IMG/VR virus record: IMGVR_UViG_3300044557_000292
Span: 128,001 to 192,000 of that record
Length of the DNA: 64,000 nucleotides
Origin: a virus
Taxonomy: Duplodnaviria; Heunggongvirae; Uroviricota; Caudoviricetes
Strand: one strand, 5' to 3'
Both the position numbers and the translations under genes were made by a program. This document shows positions 51,079 through 59,928 of the stretch, piece by piece (position 1 is the stretch's first letter; each line of letters opens with the position of its first letter). The notes beneath the pieces are model-generated. The model did not search any database. It saw nothing but the letters and a program-made list of their open reading frames with translations, and had not been told where the DNA came from.

Positions 51079-51148
51079 ATTCCAGTTGGCGTCTACAAGC
51101 TCGGGGGTTATCTCCCTTGCGTCGTCCTACCCCTCCAGCAGGCTCAAA

Positions 51149-52666
51149 TCAATCAAGTTCTGAGAGGAGTTTAGATGCAAGCTGTGCAAGCTCACTCCTC
51201 TCGGATTTCGTGAAGTTAATATGGGAGAACATAGATTCTGACTTCAACCTGTTCACGAGCGACTCGATGCTTGTGCCAGAGGAAAGATAAGGGTTATCCT
51301 GCTGATCCATATCAAACGTGAAGATGATCCTTGATCCCCTACCGAGACGAGACACCACGTCTAGTAAGATAGACCTGTCAAGGGATTGCGCGTCATCAAC
51401 GATGACGAGCTGATCTTCAAGCGTTCTTCCCCTGAGGTATGTGATTGGCTCAACGCTGATCTCATCAGCATACTTGGCCTCAATGAGCGGGACAGCCTTG
51501 CCATCAGACGTGATAGCCATCTTACCCTCATCAGAATCACGAGATCTTGATTTTGATCCTCCCCTGCCGCGTAGCTTGTCATACTTACGAACATTATCCC
51601 AGACGGCCTGAGCCCATGGCCTCATCTTCTCATCAGCACTACCCTTCAGGAATCCCTGCTCCTGGCGACCTACAGCATACATTGACCTGAACACGGTGAC
51701 CTTGGAGAACTTGCCCCTCTCAACCGCGCTCAGCCCGTAGGCAACAGCGAGGAGGGACTTACCAGCTCCAGCAACGCCACCAAGGCTCAGCATCTGTATG
51801 CTGTCATCATTGAGCCATGTCGTGGCCACCGCCTGCTCCTGGTTCAACGCGGCGACCGGACCGGCCTTGGGCCAGGTCTTCTCATTGAACTCACGATACG
51901 AAGTCCCGTTCTTCATGATCCAGTCTTCATTGTCATCCTGAACCACATGGAGTAGAGCATGATATGGAGTCCTCCTGTAATCAAGACGCTTGACGATCTC
52001 CTCGTACTCCTCGTCTTCAATCTCACCGATCTGTAGCCCAAGATTAGAGAATAGAGGATGATTGAGATCAACGTCAATCACACCCGTGAACTTATCGTTC
52101 TTACCGTCTTCGTAAGGAACAGCGTCAATATGCTCGAATACGCTAGCAATGAATCTTAACGGAGCGTCATTAGTGATGAGCTCGACCCTGCTGACGTGAT
52201 CATCACTCAACTCGGCCTCAAGGTTCTTCACCACAGCCAGAATCTTATGATCGTTGGAAGATTCATCCCTGAGGTCGGGTACAAGGACATCCTGATTCGT
52301 ATGATTCACCTCAACGCGGACCGTGTTACCGTTAATGGTCGGGACGCCCTTAAGACTCATGTCGATATCAGGATGAGATATCCTTAAGTCTTCCAGCTTC
52401 CTGATCACAACCCTGGCCGCGTACCCACGCCCACCGGGGTCAGTACGATACTTCTCCAGTTCCTTGTACACGGTCAATGGAATCACGATGTCTCTATTCC
52501 TGATCCTGCTGAAGACCTCATCTCCAGTGCTAAGGAACACGTTCGTATCAATGATCGTTGTAACCCTACGACGATCATCATGATTCCGCTTTGATTTGAT
52601 GACAGGCATGCAATCACATCCATTGTTCTTTTCCATGGAGCCGATACGCGCTATTCCCGTATGCAA
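51149..52666 (-). CDS. phoH: PIN-PhoH (PhoH2-type) RNase/ATPase; true start may be 52636 or 52609
   Basis: PIN: IIDTNVF, V..ELE, DHKIL, LITND..LR; PhoH: GVAGAGKS, LRGRT, VDDAQS, D..Q.D, ERS. Confidence 0.88.
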   Translation of the reverse strand: MHTGIARIGSMEKNNGCDCMPVIKSKRNHDDRRRVTTIIDTNVFLSTGDEVFSRIRNRDIVIPLTVYKELEKYRTDPGGRGYAARVVIRKLEDLRISHPDIDMSLKGVPTINGNTVRVEVNHTNQDVLVPDLRDESSNDHKILAVVKNLEAELSDDHVSRVELITNDAPLRFIASVFEHIDAVPYEDGKNDKFTGVIDVDLNHPLFSNLGLQIGEIEDEEYEEIVKRLDYRRTPYHALLHVVQDDNEDWIMKNGTSYREFNEKTWPKAGPVAALNQEQAVATTWLNDDSIQMLSLGGVAGAGKSLLAVAYGLSAVERGKFSKVTVFRSMYAVGRQEQGFLKGSADEKMRPWAQAVWDNVRKYDKLRGRGGSKSRSRDSDEGKMAITSDGKAVPLIEAKYADEISVEPITYLRGRTLEDQLVIVDDAQSLDRSILLDVVSRLGRGSRIIFTFDMDQQDNPYLSSGTSIESLVNRLKSESMFSHINFTKSERSELAQLASKLLSELD

Positions 52667-52781
52667 TCAGATTGACTACGATGCAAGATGGCTTCAATAA
52701 TCAAGCATCACGTGACGATACGTCATTGAACAGTCAATCTGCAATATATTATGGAGGTATACTCATGGATATCATGTTACC

Positions 52782-53471
52782 TCAGTTCTTAGCGATAAGA
52801 ACGGTAGAATACTGGAATGCTCCCTTTAACCTAGATCTAAAGACGATGGCCTTACTCTTCTCTGGTAGTGATGACGCGAACCCGCCGCCTAGAGCTATCT
52901 CACTACAGACCGGCGTGAGTCTTCCAACCGTGGCAAGCCAATCCCAATCAACGTTCAGTCTTGACAGCATCCTGGATCCATTATCACTCATGACCTGATT
53001 GAGTAGGACGTGAACACCATACTCTGGTCCATCACGCAGCAAGCGTCTCATCCCCTCCATGACAAGCTCTATGGTCGAATCCCTACGGACGCCGTCAAGC
53101 ATTGACTCCAGACCATTAACAACAATCAGAGTGGGCTCATGCGTCAATCCATTATGAACACGTTTTACCGTCCTGTAGAGGACTGATCTTGCCTTCAATG
53201 GGCTCATTGAAGAGTCAATCGTAATGATAGACGCGGTCGCCTCGGAGAGAACGCTCTTAACGGCTGACCTCATGAGGTTTCTGTTGACTACTGATGACAC
53301 GATCAGCATGTGGGATTGTGGGCGTGGGAGGAATCTAGGCCATATGATACGCCCACTCCTACTCACGCCTATCGGGCGCAAGAGGTAACCAGCGTTGGCC
53401 AACTGTACGGAAACCCTCTCACTGAGAGGAGTTGCAGAAACCATATTCCCTCCGTTCCAGCCATCAAGCAT
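52782..53471 (-). CDS. Degenerate FtsK/SpoIIIE-like P-loop domain protein
   Basis: PIGVS...SHMLIV, PTLIVVNGL (Walker B position), LLRDGPEYGVHVLL; no Walker A lysine. Confidence 0.5.
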   Translation of the reverse strand: MLDGWNGGNMVSATPLSERVSVQLANAGYLLRPIGVSRSGRIIWPRFLPRPQSHMLIVSSVVNRNLMRSAVKSVLSEATASIITIDSSMSPLKARSVLYRTVKRVHNGLTHEPTLIVVNGLESMLDGVRRDSTIELVMEGMRRLLRDGPEYGVHVLLNQVMSDNGSRMLSRLNVDWDWLATVGRLTPVCSEIALGGGFASSLPEKSKAIVFRSRLKGAFQYSTVLIAKN

Positions 53472-53584
53472 TAACCTAATAACCGCTTAGTTATATGATA
53501 TGGATAAGATATCAGAACCTTAACCATGAGCACTAATAGGAATCTAACGTCCATGATAGGCTCTACTACATCTATAACCATTCA

Positions 53585-54064
53585 TCACGACGCTTGGAAT
53601 GGCTCTCCATCAAGATCAAACTCCTCAATGTCTCCAGATGAGAGACTCCATTGGATCGTGTAATCATGCGTGTAACGGACATCAGCGCTACATGAACTAT
53701 CAATAACGATACTCGGAATGACGATGATGAGATCTGGTATGTAGATTATACCTCCGTCATCATTAAGACAATAGCCTAAGAGGAGTGTTCCGTCCTCCCT
53801 GAGTGACTTCTTGTCAACCTCTGTTCTCTTCTTGGGAACAAACTTAGCGTCCATGTCACCATTCTTCTTCAACTGATCTTTAAGGAAGTACTTGACCACT
53901 CCCTCATGGGCCTCATCTGACTGTTTGTCAATCTTCTGATCTGTCACCGTGAACCCGTAGTCATACGTCTCCTTAGATCCACAGCCCGACACGATAAGCA
54001 TCATCGTACATGATATGATTATTATGACTATCTTATGCACTAAGGAGACTCTATATGTACTCAT
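53585..54064 (-). CDS. Putative lipoprotein
   Basis: Signal peptide ending IVSGC. Confidence 0.6.
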   Translation of the reverse strand: MSTYRVSLVHKIVIIIISCTMMLIVSGCGSKETYDYGFTVTDQKIDKQSDEAHEGVVKYFLKDQLKKNGDMDAKFVPKKRTEVDKKSLREDGTLLLGYCLNDDGGIIYIPDLIIVIPSIVIDSSCSADVRYTHDYTIQWSLSSGDIEEFDLDGEPFQAS

Positions 54065-54522
54065 CGTATTCTCTCATATGACACTCCAGCATGATCGAGA
54101 ATCATCCTTGAGGCAACAGTATCCTCGCCATCACGCACTTCATCGAAGATGATCCTTGAGATTCCAACCTGCACTATCTCCTTAGCGCAATCACTGCACG
54201 GGAAGAGCGTCGTGTACAAGTACGCGCTCTTAAGAGACGACGGACCACCAGGGGCGTTAAGGATAGCATTACGCTCAGCGTGAACCACGAACTTGTACTT
54301 GTTCTTGAGATTACTTGACTCATGCTTACCCCACGGGAATTCATCATCACTCCACCCCTTGGGGGCACCGTTGTATCCTAGGGACAGCGGCTTGTGATCG
54401 CTTGTGGATATGAATGCTCCCACCTGCGTGCACGGATCTTTACTCCTAGTCATGGCAATGTCCCTGGCAAGCGTCATGTACGCGTGATCCCAGTCTAGAA
54501 TTCCATCTATCCTCTGATCCAA
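54061..54522 (-). CDS. dCMP deaminase (ComEB family)
   Basis: RSKDP.TQVGA, GYNG, VVHAERNAI, PCSDC; TTG start with GGAGG RBS. Confidence 0.92.
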   Translation of the reverse strand: MDQRIDGILDWDHAYMTLARDIAMTRSKDPCTQVGAFISTSDHKPLSLGYNGAPKGWSDDEFPWGKHESSNLKNKYKFVVHAERNAILNAPGGPSSLKSAYLYTTLFPCSDCAKEIVQVGISRIIFDEVRDGEDTVASRMILDHAGVSYERIR

Positions 54523-54920
54523 GAATCCTCCAATCTTGAAGATCTCAATATGATTCCTGAGGAGAATAGTACCAAGTGAATAGAATTCCCACTCGATGGT
54601 TACTCCTCGCGACTGCTTGTCTACTAGATCCCTGAGCTATATCAGGTCGAATCTGACCTCATCGTCCACAGCGTGATTAGTATTGATAAGGATCTTCCTA
54701 TCCTTACCCACGCGAATGAAACCAGACACGCCGTGGTGTTGATTCGAGGGTCGCCAAATCGTGCTTTAGGGACGCATTCGGATTCACGTAACCTGTACTC
54801 AAGTCAATCCTCCCCCACCCAATTGTGTGTCGTAACAGTAAAAGCTCCTAAATATCTTTAACTATAATAGTATTGTCAAAATGGGCTTCCAAACGGAATC
54901 TAAGAGAGGTAATCAGAATC

Positions 54921-55271
54921 ATGACCAATAGAATCACAATGAGCAATGGCAGGGTGACCATCCACATAGATGGAGTGAAAAGATTATTAACCATGAAGTC
55001 GAAGGTCACCTTCAGATCAGATCACATCGTAGACATCAAGCAGGTGAATCATCCAGAACCTCCGATCCTTAGAGCACCTGGAGTCACATTCGGACACTAC
55101 GTGGGTGGATCTTACTACGATGTTTCAAAGCACTCCCATCAATTCTGGGATGCTGACAGAACCATCCCTACTGCCTCCATTAAGCTTGAAGATGAGCCTT
55201 ATGACACTATAATGATTAACGGGCTAGCTGAATCCATAGTGAAGCAATTGAATGTGATTCATGAGCGTTAA
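54921..55271 (+). CDS. Small beta-rich (PH-like) hypothetical protein
   Basis: ATG 54921 after GAGG; TATAAT at 54863; LRAPG...G.Y...FW motif. Confidence 0.6.
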   Translation: MTNRITMSNGRVTIHIDGVKRLLTMKSKVTFRSDHIVDIKQVNHPEPPILRAPGVTFGHYVGGSYYDVSKHSHQFWDADRTIPTASIKLEDEPYDTIMINGLAESIVKQLNVIHER

Positions 55272-55502
55272 CAGGATTCCACAGCGCATTAGAGAAGCGG
55301 GAGGGCTCCTGTGCTTCCAGTGGAGTACCTATTTTAACGATAACTGTTAACTAACATGACTCACGGTGATCCTCATCTCATGGGTTCATTGACATGAACA
55401 TGGATGATGCTAAACGGATGTACGTCTTCGCTCCGATAGGAATCAAGACCGAGGTTTCCGGAAGCATTCCATTAATAGCGGTTAGCTAATGAGGCGCTTA
55501 TT

Positions 55503-55543
55503 AGATAAAGCTCGGTCTTAACGAGACCGAGCTTTATCTTTTG
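55503..55543 (+). terminator. Intrinsic terminator, possibly bidirectional
   Basis: AGATAAAGCTCGGTCT-TAACG-AGACCGAGCTTTATCT followed by a T-run. Confidence 0.8.
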
Positions 55544-55669
55544 TGCACACTTGTTGACATTTTCCTTATAAGATCACATTGTTCCAAGCTGTTAGAACAG
55601 CATCTCGTCAAAAATGCGTTCAGCATGAGGACACGATGGAATCTATGCTATTCCCGTTTAATAGAGCCA

Positions 55670-55802
55670 GCTTAGATTCGACTATGCGCAGAACGCAACA
55701 TTCTACTGTACTTCTAGTGATAGTCTAAACGGACATCGCTGGAAAGGCACGTTTGTGTATAACGCAACTTCCTGAGGGCTAGGCCACTGTAGAATCACGA
55801 GA
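55670..55802. repeat. 133-bp dispersed intergenic repeat, copy 3
   Basis: Gap-free alignment to copies 1 and 2. Confidence 0.95.
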
Positions 55803-55811
55803 TCCAATCAA

Positions 55812-56837
55812 TCAGCTTACTGAAGATCCCGACCATGCGGACGTTGCTCTTGCCGTCAGTCTGTACCTCTGGACATCCCAATCGCGGTTGAACATGCCCA
55901 TGGTGAAGTTGGATGACCAATCGCGAATATCAACGCCAATAGTTGTGAACTTCGTTCCTGATCCAATCGTCTTCTCATTATGAGAAGACGATCCAGTGTT
56001 GGAGATTCCCCTATAGCACGTGATGGCCATGACCAGCGTCTCATTGTTATTCATGTAGGTCGATGGCGACGTAGGGTTAAGGGAGTCATTGAAATGGATG
56101 TCGTCGCCGGTAGAGTCAACCGTGATTCCATTATAAAAGAAGTGCTGGTCAGACGATCCATCACCGTGATTAATTCCGTTCAGTGAATCTGACCATCTTG
56201 AGTACCCGTAATCCTTCTCAAGACTATTATTGTCAGCAGACTTCTCCACGTTTGGATTGACGAAGCTCCTCATATTCTTGACGAACAGTGAATCATTGCC
56301 AGCACTCACGCTGGTTGAAGTCCCGTCTACACTTGCTGATGAATCACCATTATATACTGACGAAGTGCCTGATGACCTCCCAGTCTTCTGGAGGTACGTT
56401 GACGCTAGAATCATGATGGACTCTGCCGAGTGCCTATAGAAGGTTGAACCATCAGACCACTTGTAATTCCCGTCGCTTCCACTGACCCCTTCAACGTTTG
56501 AAAAGTCTCCCTTGGCAAGGTTCTGAATGGCCGTGAGGCCACGAGCGACGATCATTGGAGTAGACTTGTACTTGGCCTCATATGAGGAGTTCTGCCCGCA
56601 TTGAAGAGATCCATCGCCCTGCTGGGATCGGACGGCTGCACTTACAGACTCCTGCGTGATGTTCGACAGATCTGACTGCACGGCCGTGTTCTTCGTGTAG
56701 TCAATACTCCATCCAGTTATGAAGAGGAGGAGTGGAAGACTCGTAATGATGAACATGGCGACTGAGTCCCCGGCCTCTGTCCTCAGATGCCTAAGGAATC
56801 TTGACATTTTGCTCATGATCATACCCCCAATCATCAT
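55812..56837 (-). CDS. TadG-like pseudopilin (Flp/Tad pilus)
   Basis: EAGDSVAMFIITSLPLLLFITGWSIDY...DL......SAA prepilin-like N-terminus. Confidence 0.65.
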   Translation of the reverse strand: MMIGGMIMSKMSRFLRHLRTEAGDSVAMFIITSLPLLLFITGWSIDYTKNTAVQSDLSNITQESVSAAVRSQQGDGSLQCGQNSSYEAKYKSTPMIVARGLTAIQNLAKGDFSNVEGVSGSDGNYKWSDGSTFYRHSAESIMILASTYLQKTGRSSGTSSVYNGDSSASVDGTSTSVSAGNDSLFVKNMRSFVNPNVEKSADNNSLEKDYGYSRWSDSLNGINHGDGSSDQHFFYNGITVDSTGDDIHFNDSLNPTSPSTYMNNNETLVMAITCYRGISNTGSSSHNEKTIGSGTKFTTIGVDIRDWSSNFTMGMFNRDWDVQRYRLTARATSAWSGSSVS

Positions 56838-57436
56838 TACTTTGTAGTGACCTCAGATTGTGCTGACACCTTGATTGTGCCGTTATTCCAACCCTTCCCG
56901 CCACTGGTAGTCGCAACACTTCCATGGGCATCATTGAAGCTCTGCACACCACCACCGAACAGGCTTAGGGCTGATCCTGGCATTCCGGCATATGAGTAAT
57001 GGGCGGAGCACCATGTAGCCTGGCCAACCTTAGTACCGGATGATGGACCGCACTCGATGCCGCTGATCGTCATGTTATTCACGTAAGCAGTGTTAGCATT
57101 GATCTTGTTAGCGACCAGACACGCTACAATGTTGTTGTTATCAGCGTGACCGCCCTTCTTACCGCCCTCGGAAGACGTCGACGCGCAAGTCGTACCGTAT
57201 GCGGCCGACAGAGCATTGTCAGTTCCACCGAAAATAGCCGCAGTCCTAGCACCATCACGAAGATCAGAACGGAGCGTGGCCGTATTCCCTATGAACGTAC
57301 TGAAGTCAATCATGGTCATGAGTAGTGACCATAGTAACGGTAGGGCTATCAGGAACGTGATCGCGTTCTCAGCGAGCTCCGAGTGAACGTGCCTGTGGAT
57401 AGTGCCCTTAAGCTTTCGTATCATTCCCATTACCAA
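56837..57436 (-). CDS. TadE-like pseudopilin
   Basis: AITFLIALPLLWSLLMTMIDF.......LRDGARTAA TadE pattern. Confidence 0.7.
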   Translation of the reverse strand: MVMGMIRKLKGTIHRHVHSELAENAITFLIALPLLWSLLMTMIDFSTFIGNTATLRSDLRDGARTAAIFGGTDNALSAAYGTTCASTSSEGGKKGGHADNNNIVACLVANKINANTAYVNNMTISGIECGPSSGTKVGQATWCSAHYSYAGMPGSALSLFGGGVQSFNDAHGSVATTSGGKGWNNGTIKVSAQSEVTTK

Positions 57437-57599
57437 CCACCTCGACGATCAACGCCAGAATCTCTATGATTAGAATTCATTATTATGAAGATATCATCGT
57501 AAAACCGCGATAAGCCCAATTCCGAAGAACAATCCTGATTATCTTGCCCACAATGACCTACAGTACCTATCATAAACGTAAAGTTACGTTTACTATCTA

Positions 57600-57902
57600 T
57601 CATAGGAAGGCGTAGGAGAACCCGAACCATATGAGGCCAATGACCGCCGCCACGGAACCTAGGATGATAATGGCGCTCACGATAGCGTGGAGTACGACGA
57701 CCCCCTTCCGCCCATCTCTCGAACGCTTCTTGAGGAACCTGTCAAGTTTTGTCTGCTTGTGTCCCTCAATGACCTCAGCTGGTTGACGCTTGGGGGCATC
57801 ATTCCACTCCTTATTATCATAGAGCGGGTTAAAGTCAATCCCGTCTGACCCACCCCCATTCAGATTCGCAAGATCGTCCAGTCCGTCAGTATCTAGCTTC
57901 AT
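57600..57902 (-). CDS. Small protein with C-terminal TM anchor
   Basis: 100 aa with hydrophobic C-terminus; coupled to the upstream gene. Confidence 0.65.
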   Translation of the reverse strand: MKLDTDGLDDLANLNGGGSDGIDFNPLYDNKEWNDAPKRQPAEVIEGHKQTKLDRFLKKRSRDGRKGVVVLHAIVSAIIILGSVAAVIGLIWFGFSYAFL

Positions 57903-58522
57903 GATTCCTCATTCTCCTTAAGAAGATTGATAAGCGGCTTGTCAGTATCACTCGTCTTAATCTCGCCTAGAATATCGCCATCAGACATGATGTAGAAGCT
58001 GCCCACACTGCACGAGCCCTTCAAGCACTGCACATAATACTGGTTAGTGAGGAAGAAGTGATTCTTCTCAAGCTCATCGTATTCTACGGGCTTACTCGTG
58101 TTCTTAATGACCTTACCGTTAATAGATGCTAATCCTGTCTTATCGTCAATATGAAGACGGCCCGCTGGTCCAGCGACGATCTTAACGATAGCCGTATTCT
58201 TGTGCGGCGTGAACCCAGCTATCATCTTATTCTTGATTGAATCGGTTGCCCTCACGTTCGACTCCAGTGATACCAGTTCTGTCTTACCCGCTGGTATTCC
58301 TCCCATCTTGATCGTTGGGTCTTTCGTGAGCACGAATCCGAAATCGTCCGTGTACAGGACCCTCACAGCCGTGGGGACGAGAACGGCTGAGTACACTAAG
58401 AGCAGTATGAGGGAGACAAGTATCAATGCCCTAAAGATCCTGCCAATGAACTTGAATACAAGATAACTAGTCTTAACCCTTACGTTAGACGACGATAGTC
58501 GAGATAATCTTTCCTCTGCCAT
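57899..58522 (-). CDS. Membrane protein, possible inactive S26 signal-peptidase fold (leaderless)
   Basis: TM, then IVKIVAGPAG...INGK...YYVQC...ILG aligned by eye to S26 boxes without the catalytic Ser or GDN; ATG 6 nt after TGATATCTT. Confidence 0.45.
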   Translation of the reverse strand: MAEERLSRLSSSNVRVKTSYLVFKFIGRIFRALILVSLILLLVYSAVLVPTAVRVLYTDDFGFVLTKDPTIKMGGIPAGKTELVSLESNVRATDSIKNKMIAGFTPHKNTAIVKIVAGPAGRLHIDDKTGLASINGKVIKNTSKPVEYDELEKNHFFLTNQYYVQCLKGSCSVGSFYIMSDGDILGEIKTSDTDKPLINLLKENEES

Positions 58523-58587
58523 AGCAGTAAGATATCAATCAGATCATAAGATGAATATGATCAATCTAACTTGTGAATCTTCAGACC

Positions 58588-59820
58588 TTATGCGTCATGT
58601 GAGGATCTTGAATAGATCGCGGTCGACCTGGCATGCCATGGCAGGTTACTCAGCTTCGCCCTGCATGAGAATCCCAACGTCTCCAAAATCTTGGCGTGAA
58701 GACTTCCATCATCCAGCATAGCACCAATGCAATCATACTTGCCCTTATTCTGATCTGCGCCCAGAATGGTGAACAGCATCCTCCACAGACTCAACGCTTG
58801 TTGGAATCCCTCCTTCGTCCAGTGGGCGTTCTTGAGTGACCTGCACACAAGCGTTGGAACGAAGATCGTTCTCTCCGGGGAGACGATTGTCGATGGATTC
58901 TTGAATCCTCCGCGATCTAGCGTAGACACGTACGGTATGCTGTACCCGACGATGAAGGCCATGAACCCAGTCATCATACTCTTATCATCAAGCGTGATAA
59001 TGAAGTGAGCGTCTTGTATGATAGAGTTCACGTATGATCTCACATCACCAGCACCCTTGAATGACGTCTGCATGTAGCTTGTCCGATCTGACATTGGTGG
59101 GTTCAGCCAGTCACTGTGCTTAGCGCAGAACTTTAGAATTGATCTATGCTGTGGGCTATTCTGCTTGATCCTGCCAACAAAGATGACTTTCTCACCATTC
59201 CTCGTTCTCTGCGGCGTGATGGTCTTCTGCACGAGCGGTCTTATTCCCTTGACTGATCCCTTCTTCACGTTGGGCAACGGAAGGCTGACCGTGTTATGAC
59301 CACCGCTGTTGATGTTCCTCAGACGCTTCACGTAGGACCACGATCCAGCTTCTGGTTCCTTAAGACCCTCGTTGAGCAGTGCGTTTGCGAGGTATCGTTG
59401 TATAGATTTGTTCGACTGGTTGTCTAACCGTATGATCATATCTACACATGACGCCTTCAAATGCTTCAGAGCGAATTGCGATAAGATCCTGATGCATGAC
59501 GATAGTTTCGTGAACGTGATCCTTGACGATGGGTCAATGATCACGTAGTCGATCCCTATGACCGTATGCCATAGGGTCTTCTTCTCACGGCCGATCCTGA
59601 ACAGTAGGGCGATACGCCAGTACTCATCATCATCGGTAAGCTCTTCATAGACCAGAGCCCTGTACCCGCTCTGTGCTAGTCCAACTGCAGATGGAACGTC
59701 TGACGGTGTGGAATGATACCTCTCATACCTCCATATGAGGTCACGTAGAGGCTTAAGTCTGGTGATTGAGTTAAGATCGGATATGATTTCATACCTGGCC
59801 TTACGAACAACGGACACCAA
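58588..59820 (-). CDS. Hypothetical protein, possible tandem divergent GNAT domains
   Basis: IGIDYVII...LLNEGL and MTGFMAF...IFVPTLV...ILETLGF patterns. Confidence 0.5.
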   Translation of the reverse strand: MVSVVRKARYEIISDLNSITRLKPLRDLIWRYERYHSTPSDVPSAVGLAQSGYRALVYEELTDDDEYWRIALLFRIGREKKTLWHTVIGIDYVIIDPSSRITFTKLSSCIRILSQFALKHLKASCVDMIIRLDNQSNKSIQRYLANALLNEGLKEPEAGSWSYVKRLRNINSGGHNTVSLPLPNVKKGSVKGIRPLVQKTITPQRTRNGEKVIFVGRIKQNSPQHRSILKFCAKHSDWLNPPMSDRTSYMQTSFKGAGDVRSYVNSIIQDAHFIITLDDKSMMTGFMAFIVGYSIPYVSTLDRGGFKNPSTIVSPERTIFVPTLVCRSLKNAHWTKEGFQQALSLWRMLFTILGADQNKGKYDCIGAMLDDGSLHAKILETLGFSCRAKLSNLPWHARSTAIYSRSSHDA

Positions 59821-59928
59821 GGCTACCCCCTAAGACCAAGTTGCTTAAAGCACGTCATATCTTCCGATTCCTTCTCATCATGCGGGATCTTAACATCCCC
59901 TCCCTTACTCATGGGTAGTGATAAGATA

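Noticed and set aside
51079-51148. tRNA- or tmRNA-like fragment
   Set aside because: No T-loop GGTTCRA, acceptor stem or CCA end found
55394-55489. 31-codon + strand ORF (MNMDDAKRMY...) before the terminator
   Set aside because: Too short, with no clear RBS or motif to support it
6043-55802. 133-bp repeats as a CRISPR array or IS ends
   Set aside because: Copies are tens of kb apart with no repeat-spacer periodicity, cas genes, transposase, terminal inverted repeats or target duplications
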